A DNA stretch of 64,000 nt. It comes from Ophelia neglecta. Lineage: Eukaryota. Made by a program: the position numbers and the translations under genes. Positions within the stretch are counted from its first letter, which is position 1. Each line of letters opens with the position of its first letter. Under the pieces are notes generated by a model. The model made no database searches and was not told the origin of the DNA. It saw only the letters and a list, made by a program, of their open reading frames with translations. Location: NCBI GenBank assembly GCA_965285935.1, contig OZ260664.1, positions 79,980,001 to 80,044,000 on the forward strand. The letters run 5' to 3'. Positions 11,986 through 24,700 of this stretch are shown here, in pieces.

Positions 11986-14900
11986 TTAGCAACGGGAGCT
12001 TTTTGTGGTTGCTTTTAACCCAGACAATTTGCTTTTCGGTGATTTGTCCATCATTTTCGTGATAAATGATGGTGATTTGTCGTCTGTGGTGACGGTGGAC
12101 CTCCTTGCGGCTCTGGGACTAGGAGACGCCATCTTACTGACGGAGAGGTCAGGCGTGCGGCCGGCCCTGGACGGTGCCGGTGAAACTTTAGAAGTTGCCC
12201 GTGGAGACGCCCGAGAAGCTGCAGGACTCTCCTCACCTTTGCTTTTGCCTGTACTCAGACGACTCATAAACGACTTCATCTTGTTCTCTTTCTCCTTGAC
12301 GCCGGCCGGTGTACTTCTTTTGGGCGTTGTAGGAGTTTTTGAACCTGGTGATACTGATTCTTTTGCTCTTGGAGATATTCCGGCTGTAAGGCGATCAGTA
12401 ACGCTTTGACTTATAGATGTGGTCCTGCGTGGCGGAGTAGGAGCGTCTTTTGTGTCTCCTTTGCCCTCGGCCGCTGCCTTTTTGTTGGTGCGAAAAACGG
12501 CAGCAGGCATGGTGGCCCTTCCCGTACCCCCACGAACAAACGTGCCTGTTGGAGATGTAAGATTATCTTTTCCATTGGAGCGAGAGAGAGGGGAAGTGAC
12601 CGAAGACAGGCGAGATTTTGGCGTAGTTTTGCCTGCACTTCGCTGAGAAGATAAATTACTAACAGTAGAATTGTCACTGTTCACACTGGAGTTAGATCCG
12701 TGGCGAGTAAGACCGCCAGTAGGCCGCCTTGGACGGGTCAGTCTCTCTGTCACTGCATTGGCTTTTGTTGAGCTCGGCGTCTTGTTTTTAACTGGTGGGC
12801 TCATAGTTGACGAGGGAGTGATCTTTTTTCCAATTGTCCTGCGAGGAGTCTTAGGGGTCGTGCTTGCAGACGACACTCTGGACGTGGTTGGGGTGTTTGA
12901 CTTAGGACTAACTTTGGATACAGATTTTGTCATTTCACCTTTTGCAGGTGGGGTGCGTGTTACGGCCGGTGAAGAAGACTTAACTGTGGTACTTGGAACT
13001 GATGATTTCGGAGCATTCGAAATAATGGCATTTCTTACTTCCGAAGGGAGGTCATTTAGGTTAGTTTCCGTGGTGTATTCGACGGTAGTCCACCCTTCAT
13101 CATTATTGGGAGTTGTGTCTATGTTTCCGTCGATATCAATGGCTGAAGTGCTGTCACTGATAGATAGTTCAGGACGAAGGACCAAACTATCAATGCTACG
13201 AGCAAAGTAGTTGGTCCTCGAATCGTCCGGTTCATCCAGTTGTGATCTCTGGTATTCCTTTCTCTTAAGAGTTGGTGTCAGGGAAATGTCCGAATCAAGG
13301 GTGCTGCTCATTGATGTCCTCTGTGACACAGAAGGGTCCGATATGCTTTCTGACTCAAATCCCTCGTCTTTACCACTGGCTATGGATTCGTTGTCACTCT
13401 TAATGTCCTCAAAACGTGAATTGCGAGGAGAGAGGGTTGTTTGTGATGCTAACTGTACATCAACAAAACCCGAGTCTAATCTGCCCTCGTTCACTTTACC
13501 CGGAGCAGATTCTCCATTTACTGAATTTCGTGAAGACACCCACGTGTTACTATCGTGGTCATCAGAGTAAAGTCTGGACAGCGCCTTGAAGCGCTCCTTC
13601 CTGGCTACACGTTGAGTCACTGGAATCTTGTTCTGAAATTCTTGCACAGCGGAGTCGAGCTGTTCCGTTTCTGCATCTTTTCGCCATGTAGAGGTGGTAA
13701 TTGGAGCATCCTCACCCTTCTCTTTTTTCAGACCGTTTAATCTCAAAGACTGGCGGAATCGGTTATTGCGGTCGAGGTTGAAGTAACTATCCTCCTCATT
13801 GATAGTATTAGTAGATTGAACAGACTCAGGTTTATTCTCTTCCTCAATAGTCTCATTGTTCTCTCCCAATATATCCTTTCGCCATTGTCCAGTTTTCCAT
13901 CTTCGTGGCAATGTTGCCGAGCGTTTCATGCTACTTTCCGCATCGCTCTCTTTTTCTTCTTCGACAAAGACTCTGCCCCAACGCTTAGTCACAGGACTGA
14001 TTTCACCATTTTTCGGATCGGCTAATTTATCGCTCACTTCTTTCATATCGGGTACATTGTCATATGTGCTGTAGGGTCTGATTCTTGACTGGGCCTCCTC
14101 TGTTACCATCTTCAGAGCCTCATCCACATCTTCTTTATCAATATTACTCTTCCAACGACCTGATTGGTGTTCCAACATCGCTCTTTCCGTTATTGTAGAG
14201 TTGGCCTCTGGGTTGACTTCTCCCATAGGTGTATATGACTTCTGTCGTCTGGCAGCGCTCACGGGAGAGGAATCCCCGTTGACTTCTGCCTCCGGTTTAT
14301 CCATAGAGGAACCCCACCGTCTTAGACGAGGTGTTGTGGAAGCACTCTCCGTTGGAGTTATTGTGGGAGTCGTTTGGTTTGAAGAGCCGGTGTCTTCTTG
14401 GCATGTTTCCTTGTTTTTACTATAGCTAAGTACACTGTCTAGGTCACCGTTCGCCCATGGGCGATTGTATCGTGAAGTATTTGCCCCTTCAGACAATTTA
14501 CCTAACCTTTGTATTTCCTCGCCAGTTTTTTCGACGTCACGAATTACCTGATCGACATCGAGGTTTCCTAGAGACTTTTCAAATGTACTCCATCTTCTGC
14601 CATCATTATTCTTCCGTCTATGTGCGAAAATATCCGAAAGATCTGAATTTTGTTTCTCTGCTTCTTCTTGCCCGTTAGCACCAATTGTGTCACCATTAAA
14701 CGGTGAACCATTGTTAATCACAGAAGAAAACTCAGCAGGATCTCCACTACTACTGAAACGACGAGTAAAGCGGCTTTGATAGCGGTTTAGCAGCTTTTCT
14801 CTAGCACTGAGTTCTGACCCATTGTCTACTGGAAAAACATTCTCAGACGTGGGACTTTCATTGATGGGAGAACTAACAGATAAGCTGGTTGGTTGACCGC

Positions 14901-15797
14901 CATTCTTTCTAGACTCCAACAGTGATTGCAAGCCCATAGAACTACGTCTGCGTCGTTCCTGTCGACGTTTATTCATCTCGATCTTCTTTTCCTCAAATTC
15001 CTTATTCACTGCTTCCTGGTCAATAGACTGAGAAGCGGGTAAGTCCACACTTTGAACAGAGTCTATTCGTTTAGAAGTGGGTAACTCATCGGATTTCAAA
15101 TCTGTTGTAGTTACTGAAGGAACGGAGGAAGTCACTTCTATTGCAGGGGGTTCCAAATTTCTTGAGGGTACTCTGCGTTCAAATTGGAATTCTTTCGGCT
15201 CATTTTTATCAACGGCTGTGACACTGGCGCTGCGCCAGCGACGCTCTGCCACAATTGATTCTTTCTCGACGGGCTTTTCGACAGCGATTGGTGCGCTCTC
15301 GGTGCTGCCCGGATTGGGAGAAGACGCCCGTTCTCTGTCCAAAACCAAGGAATCCAGGTTAGGTCGTGTCCTGCGACGGCGTCTGAGACTGCCCTGGCGG
15401 TCAAACGCACTAGGATCAGTATCACCTGACTGCAGCAAAATGTCAAATAACTCGTCGCTATCCTTAGCAATCTTGTCACCTTTGCTTTCATCAATCGAGC
15501 GTAGGCGCTGGGCCAATGAGTTCTTCCTACCACTGTTTCTCAATGATCCAGACCTGACAAATGTCGTTTCCGGTGCTAACTCCGAGGTTTTATCATTGGA
15601 AGCGTCATCTCCAGCGGAAAGTGCAGTGACCACAGTACCATTCTCCAGGCGCACATTTTTTGCTTTATGTGTAATATCTCCAGATTTGTTGGTGAAACCT
15701 CCACGAATATCTCCCAAGAGTTTGTCAACTATATTGCTGTCTCCGTCCTCAGAGACAGTAGAATCTGGACGAGAGCCATCGCTCGATTTGGAATCAC
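11986..15797 (-). CDS. Formin terminal exon (3812 nt): DAD-like IVDKLLGDIRGGF, long disordered tail, basic S/T/P/K/R-rich C-terminus
   Basis: Acceptor aattccag|GT, phase 1. Uninterrupted ORF to TAA at 11986. Confidence 0.9.
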
Positions 15798-18700
15798 CTG
15801 GAATTGACAGGATTAACATGTATATAGAATCATCAATAACCAATGTGTCATATTGTCAGATACGACTGTCAGACAAGCTGATCTTATGTAACCCAAACAC
15901 AATTTGGCCATATAATTCATTAAGGTGGTATTCCGTATACGCTATATACCTACCAGAAGACTGTCGCTTTTTTACAGTGAGTTGCTCTTCTCGCTGCTTC
16001 CTCCTCTGTTCGGCTCGCACCTCCTGGTCTTGTCTCTCCTGGTTCTCCGTGATGGCTTTTTGGAACTTTTCACAAAATGTGTTGAAGATTTTAATACATT
16101 CCTCCAGTTTGAATGAGGTGACATCCTCACAGAAGTAATTGGCCAGTTCAATTCTTAGTTCATCTAACTCCTTAAGATCTAGTTCAAGCTCGCCCATCTC
16201 TGACTGGGCCATCTGAAAGGTTTGGAACATTTCACTTTAATTTCAAAAGAAGAATGACAACTCAATCTTCATTTCCATTCTCCTTACATAATATTGAGAA
16301 CAATGATTAGTTTTTTGGTTAAGTAGTCCTTACCTCTAAGAAACCTCTCATCTGTTTCTGAAAATCTTCATCAGTTTTCAGTATCTGCTCTGAAATCGAC
16401 TTAATCTTGCCAGCCAATGATCTGATGTCCGATGTCAGAGCTTCTACAGAATACCTAATAAATAAAATAACATGTGTCTTACAAAATAGCACAAAAACAT
16501 CTTGGTTAAATGGGATATCAAAAAGGGCTCTAATCCACAATTTAAAAAATGTCATATAGGCCTAGAAAAGTAAAAGAAAAGAGCAAAGGTCTAACAATGA
16601 AAGTTTAAGTGTATCGCATAATGTAGCCTAGCAACGTCCAGCGAACCGATACAACATCACGCCTCAGCGCGTTGTGTTTTGATCAGATGAATTTACAACA
16701 ATAAAACCTACTGTGAAGCCTCCTTCAAATATTTAAACTCCGCTGGTAGCTCAAGAAGTTCTGCATGTTTGTATGCCGCCTGCATAACCACATAGTGCAT
16801 TAGATTCATCCTTGGCTTGTTGGCGCGGATCTCTGTCAGTTTTAGCAGTGATCCAAGCTTAAACCCGGCCGCATCACCGGCATATCCACCCTGTAGGTAC
16901 AGAAAGGTTCACATTACATCACAACTACATAAGCATCTTTTTTTATAGTGTAACATAAGCCTTTCTGTGATTAGCCTATACCGTTTTTTGGTACAATGTT
17001 TGGGTAAATGCCAGAGATGCAGTTTATTGTTAATGCAGTTCAGGTAGTAATATTTTCAAGTACACATAATTCACGAATTACCTCTCTGTGCTATTAGAAT
17101 ATGTCTCTAAAGCTCACGTCTACCATCGTGCCAAAGTAGCAATAGATTTTGCAATGTCCGACGGCATATTGGAAAATGCCAAGATAGGAATATCAAATAA
17201 TACGAAAACCCAAATAAAAGCAGTAAAAAGGCAATTTATAAAAAAAACATCTAGCTTGTAATGCACAATATAAACCTGATAGTACTTTAGGTCGTCTTTG
17301 TGGTGGTGTTTTTTGCCAACACGACGCACAACGAGCTGTGATTTATGATCAAAGCTTCTTTCCTATCAGCGTTGCAGGCATTGCAATAAAAGTTCAAAGA
17401 CAGGAAATCAACTAATATAAATTATAATAAAACCTTTCATTAGTTATTGCCAAGTACATGTAATAACAATAGCTCATCATAACATACCGATGAAAAAGCC
17501 CAACACACAACGTCTGGAGCACAAAGGGCATCGATAGAGAGAGAAATGCCCATGACCACTATCTGAGACAAATGTTGCTCATATACCACCTCTGGCTACG
17601 CCATTAGTTATTTTTGCATACGTTTACATCTTCAGAGATAAACAACAAAAAACTTAGTTAAAAGAACATTAATATATATGTGTACATACGGTGTTAAGGA
17701 AGTTTCCAGCGATTAGCACCATGTAGATGATCTCGTGAAGAGACTTGCTCTCTTTTAGGTCTCTGGCTGTGAGGACGATGGCGTCGATGGAGGGTTTGAT
17801 ATAGTCCAGAGTCTGGTTGAACTCCTCTTTCACTAACATCGCCTCAATTCGTAACTTGTAACTAATAGTAGATAGAAATAATGTATTAAGAATTAAAATA
17901 ATAAAAGCTAGAAGACATATACCAGTGTTCCGAGTTGTCAAATCAGAAAAATGCTTGCATATTTTCCTAATCATAGCCAACTGGTTATCACTAAAAGCCT
18001 TTTTTACACTTAACAAAAACAATGGAAGTACAGATATTCAATAACACTTTAAAATAACTAAACTTGAAACGAAAGAGGATTAATAAAAACATAAATTAAA
18101 GGGTGATTGATAGATAGATGAAATATCCATATAACACATACTTACTTTGGAAGTGCTATTAGCTGTAAAAAGAATTTCTCGGCATTTCCCAGTTTTGCAG
18201 GATCCCCCTTGTAAGATCTCAGTAGCTCAGTTTCCTCATTCTCTGGGAGTATTTTTAGGAGGCCACGTAGTCTTTCAGCCCCGACTTTCTCACTTTCTCC
18301 TTTAGCGAGCGAGTCCACTATCTCATTGTGAGATATGCGAAATTGTCTTAGAAATATGTTAACGTTCAAACTCCGTTTGCCATCCAGCAGATTCACCTAA
18401 TGTGAAGAAAATTGGAAATAAGTACTACATGAAATTGACAAGGCAGGACAATAAAATGAGGATACTATGTGAGGCCAAGGGCTAATAATACATATTTTCC
18501 GGGTTTTCTATTGCAATACGTGTTAAGGATTATTTATACATAAAAAATTATCCAGCTGATTTCAAAAATGCTATTCTTACATAAATACATTTAGAGATAA
18601 TTACACAAATCTATGCTGACGTGAAGAATCCCTAGCATACTATAGCCTTCCTTTTCAAAGCGGAAGTAGACAGGATTATGGTAATTTTGACCTATGCACT

Positions 18701-21700
18701 ATTTTTTTGTGGTGAAAACCAGTATCGTTGAATACATGGAAAAGAAAGCCAGCTATTTTACTAATTCTCTGCCCATGGCAAAAACAAACAAGAAATAAAG
18801 TAACTAAGCCCGTTTGGGCACTGGAAATAATTACCGATACATATATATTACAAAAAGTGCATTGTGTAACTGCTCAAATCCACACTGACATATGTCATTC
18901 AAGCAGTGTTCTGGGCCTGATTGAGCACTGTCTCAGCATTAAATTGAGCAGTCATTTAATCATTCGTATAAAGGCATTATTTTAAGCTGACACCACAGTA
19001 TTGACAGTAGTCCTGTTGGATTTAAACAAACTGATATATTGCTAGATGCAATTTTCTCAAAACTGTTAAAGCGAACACGAGATACCTTTCTTGGTCAATC
19101 TTTCTATTTGTTATGGTTCTTTTGTACAGAAACACTAGGGACAGTTTTTGCCATATTTTAGCCATATGCCGTAATATTGTTTCAGGTACTGGGTCACTGA
19201 CACAACGTACCTAGTTTGCATTGAACAAAAATTTACAGTGAACCTTGCGATTGCGTAAGGTCGCCAGTACAATGAGGACACTTTATTCCAGTCCCTTGAC
19301 TGACCTGGTTAGTCAGGTTTCATTGTATTTGCATAAATTCAATGATCCCAGTGATTTTCCAGACGTAAAATGCAGTACCAAATAACCCCGACCCACTTCC
19401 CCTCAGAGATCTTCATTGATGGCTCAAATTAATGCCAATGCGCAAAACAATGCTCTTAAATAATCATATACAACTCGTTATTCACAAAAAAAGAACTACT
19501 TTTTCCAGTTATACCACGAATAAAGTAGTCTTGGATCTATATGTGAAATCAGGATACCATGGCGTAGGTGTATAAAGTCGAAGTGTTGAATTTAGAGTAA
19601 CACCTAGTATAGGAAAGGTAAAAGGGATTTAAATAAGATATGTTAAGGATATCGTATATTTACTACACTACCTCGTCTGATTTTTTCTTCTTTTCAGAAG
19701 GCGTTGATCCATCTGGAGATGTTTCCTTGGGCTTGGTCGGGGCGGTGGAGAACAGTTCCTCCATTTGGTCAAAGTCCAGTTTGTATCCATTAAACATTTT
19801 ACCCACAGCAGTCCACATGTTTTTCTTGCCTAGCACCTTGTTAATGGGGATTTTGTTCCATTGCAATTTCCTCATCTTACCCTTTGGCGTGGGAGTTTGT
19901 TGCTGAGATAGTTTTGTGCCAGGGTTTAGCTGGGGTGTTAGTGTCCCTGGGGGTGGGGGCGGCCCACCGACTCCCGGCGGTGGAGGAGGCGGCGGTGGGC
20001 CTCCTCCTGGAGGAGGGGGTGGTGGTGGGGGCGCTCCACCTAGTAACGGAGGCCCTCCCATCGGAGGAGGAGGTGGCGGTGGAGCCACAGATGTGCTACA
20101 CATTCCAGGAAGAGGCGGCGGCGGCGGGGGTGGCGTCTTGGTCCCCTCCTGCGGCGAGGGGCTCATGCCAGGCAGGCCAATTGCACTTTTATGTCTGAGC
20201 GTTGGGGACAGGGGGGTACCCTCCCTTCTCAGACGCCCATCTGGCTCATCCTTGTGACAAACACACTGACAGTTTTCATGATTTTTATCATTCACTACTT
20301 TCTCCAATCTCTTGGTGCCAGAAAGCAGGAGCTTGGACGAGTCCTCCTTCTTTTCCAACAATGTAGCTCTGTAGACGAGCTTTTCTATGGTATCCCAAAT
20401 AGCGTCGCTGATGGGTTCAGCTGAGTCTATCTGTACCAAGTGCTGAAGTGTGGTGATGAACAGTTGCTCTTGTGGAGTATCGCTCACCTGCAACAACACG
20501 ATATATTTATAAATTGTCGCATAATCAGCGCCAGTGCACTCTTGGCCAACAAAAGTTACCAATAACAGAAGTCGTTGATGGGTTGATTGGTCATTTGTCC
20601 GGTCCTAGCACTACATAAACTAGTAACGGACAGCGCATTAACATTTCGCTCCAAGGTAAATGTTGGCTGCAATCAAAAAAATTGACCTCCATTCGTAAAA
20701 ATCTAAGCAAATCACTGTGAAGTATAGAAGCTGTCTCAAGCCCCGAATTATGATATATTAACATCTTGCCAAACAACGTCCAAACCACATTATTTGTGGC
20801 ATACATGTATGATTTGCTAACCATAGCATGCGATCGCTAATTAGCCCTGTGTCCATTGCAAATCACATGAATATTGGTTTAGTCAAAAGGAACACCCGAC
20901 TACTGTTTCTACATCAATCACCGACGATCCTTACACGCACAGACACCTATGTAACTTTTTATAAAAAAAAAATACTTTAGCATATTAATCATATTTCTAA
21001 GGCCAACGCACCCCTTCGCAGAAAAAATATGTTTTCATAAGTTTTTACCATGTCAATACAATAACAGGGATACCCTTCATCAACGAGAGCATTCTTGTAA
21101 ACTTCTGTTGAATAGCAATGATCGTTATAGCATCCTATTGCAGATAAAAAGGCGGATCTTTCTTATTTAACCATACAAATTCCGGGTGCTTGCAATACGG
21201 TGCATTTTGGTTAATGTAGTTGATAGCCCCGCGATATGTCACCTCAGTCAATGGGTCACATTTCTGTGGTGAACCGGATCTGAGATTAACAAGCTTAATA
21301 TGATCAAGTATCTATACACTAGCACCCATATTATAAACCGTCTGCTCCGGAACAAGTCAGGGCAGCAGGTAGGGCTTGTCATCGAGGAATTCCGTGGGAA
21401 ATTAGGCCTACATTATACAACACATGTCGAAAAAGAATACAAAATATTTCAATTTACATGTCGCTTCCACGGGTTCCTGTAAATGATTTTTGTTTATTCA
21501 CACTGATCCACATTTTTCTATGGTTTCATGTCAACAAAACACACATAACTTAGAACATTGATCGTAGCCTCCTGGTTCCATCAAACCTCTTTACGTGATC
21601 TACCACCATGAAAGGCCTAAATGTATGCTGCTCATGCAATGTTTACCCCGAAGTGTCTGCCTAACTAAACTTACTTTTTGACTGTGAACACCTTTGTTCA

Positions 21701-24700
21701 GGGTCAATGAGAATTCTATTAGGCTACACCAGTAAAAGTTTAAATGGTGGAGCAAATTTAAGAAAATATCGATATAGTGTTTGCATTGAAATTGACACTG
21801 CCAAAAAGAGTCTCCCTGTTTATAGAGGAACTTTAGGAAATGTATAGGGATAATATAAACGAACCTTATACTCACACCGCACACATTAAAGGGAAACACT
21901 GGTGTTTTCAGCGAATAATGGTCTAGATGATCGATGATTTTCTCGTGCCCGTGTACCCAAGAAGGCATCAGCAACATGAATAGCTTAGCGCCCAATTATG
22001 ATGCTTGATGTTTGTCTTATTGTTACTACATGCTTTACTTGGATAGTTTTTATTAGAAAAAAAATGCTGATGAATGTTGAATATTTGATTACCTGTTTGT
22101 AGACGGCGTGGAATGTATCAAGGGGAGTGTTTAGATCTACACCCTCCGGTCCGCTTAGATTCTCTTCGTCGTCGGCTCTCCACTGGTCAAAAACATCTAA
22201 CTGGACGGTCAGGTCAGCGTCCGCGTCCTTCTCCCTCCTAAAAGGTCAAACAAGGTCAAGGTCAGATAATGTCAAGGAAAGTCAAGGTCAAACCAATGCA
22301 ATGTTAATTATGGCTTACACTTCAAAAAGCAAAATGCAGTTCTGCCAACTCAAATAGTTGAAAATTCGGGTGTCAGAAATATCAACTGCACAAAAGGTGG
22401 GTGCCGAAAGTCCAACCTACAATGTTTATTTCGGAGGTATGTCTAGAGAACTTATTTATAAGCCATCACGCAAAGGCTTTGACACTGATTATACTAAAAA
22501 GCTGGCTGAGAAAGGACACGACTGCTTCAGTGCCCGATGTGCTGTTTTATATACGTTCAGGATATAAGAAAAATGTGAGTGGGAGAAGAGATCATCGTAG
22601 TTTGTAATATTTTGTCGGATAAAGTCTTAAACCTCAGCCACCACCACGGAATTTATTACTATATTCATACACATGATATCCTTTCTATTTGCGATGAAAG
22701 GCAGAAAGACAAGAATTTATACTAATGAATGATTAACGCGTTTCCTATTGAGGAAACTGGGGTTTATACTCCTGTGTCTGAGATTTCCTAGATCAAGTTT
22801 CCAGAATCAGTACACACGCATGTTCTGTGGCCTGCTGTCGATGACCGATTAACTGAACAAATCAACTGGAGGTCGATACATGAAGATTTTATGAGTTAAA
22901 TAAAGAGGATGTTGACTCCAAATATTTGGAGATTAGTGTTGTATTAAAAAGTCGTCCATTGTGACATATCCTGTATAGTATATTCTTTCGAGAGGTATGC
23001 CGCGGGTCAGTTTATTTGAGCCCTGCGTTTGCACACACTTAACGGTCGTGGCTGGCATCTAGTCGACGATTAAATCCCTCTTTCTGATATTGATTACTGC
23101 GTACATACCGATCTAATCGGTTGGCTGTTGTTGCAGACGACATAACTCATGGAAATAGCTTAATAGTTCTTAATAATTCAGAGGTACTTTGTTCTTGAAA
23201 CGGGTATAAAATAGATAAGGCGCCAGTCTAGCTCAATCTGTCAAAGGCCAAGATCTGGCATTGTTCAGTTTCTTGGAAGTCATGGATAACTATTTAGTCT
23301 CTATTAGAAAGTGTGAATAGGAGGCCAATGGAACGTAAAACCACGCCTAGTGAAAACAAATCAATAATCATAAAATGTTGACACAGCATGAGTCAGAACA
23401 TAAATATACCTAGACCTACATCCAACACAAATCCCTTTAGGCGACTACGCGGACCTTCCCGACAATGCAACAGTCAAAGATCACGACCCGCTATTTTATC
23501 AACGGTCCGTATGTTTGAAGTTTTTCTACACTCAAGTCTTTCCAAATAGATTAGTTTTATGATGTTCAAAAGTAATGAAAATTGTCGAATCTACATCAAC
23601 ACTGAAGCTTAGATTACTATAGTACTGTGCAATAAAAGTCTTATTTAACTGTCTTAATCTAAGAAAGCAAAGTCAACTACACATAGTGCATGTATGAAAT
23701 ACGCGCGTAGGTACACATATAAAGTGACTTTTCTCGAGTGAGTTTCATCTGTTCATGGCTCTTGGCCCCGAGCATAAATCATCTTCCAACGAGATGACTG
23801 GCATGTGATGGCGCGTTGAACATAAACATGACGTGTTTGTTTACGTAGGTTGTGTATGCCCATGGTCAGTTTTACTCCATATCACATTATTGTTCAGACA
23901 ATGCGCAACACTCGAGATGTGACATTGACATGCCAATACCGGTCTTTTGTCAAGATATAGGCCTAATAAAAAAATACAATATAGCTACCTCCATGTAGGC
24001 CTATGAAGAATGGTAATAATTTGTTTTTGCCAAATTAAGAAATGGAAGTTTTAAAAATTTGAATTTATATAATTCACATGAACTTTCTGCTAACTTTATT
24101 CCAGATAAGCCTAATTTTTCATTACACTATGTTGACATCTAGTAAGAAGTCTTTCTTGCCCACCCTTACATACCTGATGTGTCGCGGGGATATCTGAATA
24201 TAGGCAATATGTCGCAAAACATTCAGATGTTCCAAAATGGACCTATGGGGCTGATGGCTTTTCAGAAAGTTTTAGGTCAAATTGAAGTGTTCACTATCAG
24301 GGCAAAAGCCAAAGTTCAGCGGAAATCTATACTGCATCAAGGTGTATGTAAACGTACGTTGAGAGTACTAGTCAAACTAATAAAAAGACCGAAATATAGG
24401 CCTATCTATCACGGACATGGGTGATGGTACCCCCCACACGGTGGCTGATGCCCCGGACTCCGTAAAGTAACAAAAGCCTATGGAACTGCCATTATTACTT
24501 TGTCATGGTTTCGAAAGAAGCTGTCAAGTCTTTATCAAAATAGGCGTGAATGGTGAAAGTAATAACCTAATGGCCTTGAGTGACCAAAGCAAATTTCTTA
24601 ACAAAATTCCGACGTCAATTCCGAAATTGTCGTGCGAAGCTTGAAAATGGCAGGCCTATTTGTTTTTTCCTTCCTCGTATGACTGTTCTAATAATGGTCT

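Noticed and set aside
11986-12000. C-terminal Cys (KSSRC*) as an INF2-like CAAX prenylation signal
   Set aside because: The Cys is the last residue, not fourth from the end, and the end is not CC or CXC.
15798-15843. ORF-track N-terminus MVIDDSIYMLILSIP of the 1285-aa ORF as a standalone gene
   Set aside because: Intronic read-through; the ORF is the terminal exon of the formin.
15077-16138. 353-aa + strand ORF and other + ORFs over 12005-14678
   Set aside because: Antisense shadows of the formin coding exons, with no recognisable domain.
19884-20424. Gly-rich + strand ORFs
   Set aside because: Reverse complement of the FH1 polyproline codons.
21876-21977. Phase-0 segment MLLMPSW...NVCG|GTGAGT as an extra formin exon
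   Set aside because: No credible acceptor or promoter in the ~115 nt after the previous donor, and no resemblance to formins; probably chance.
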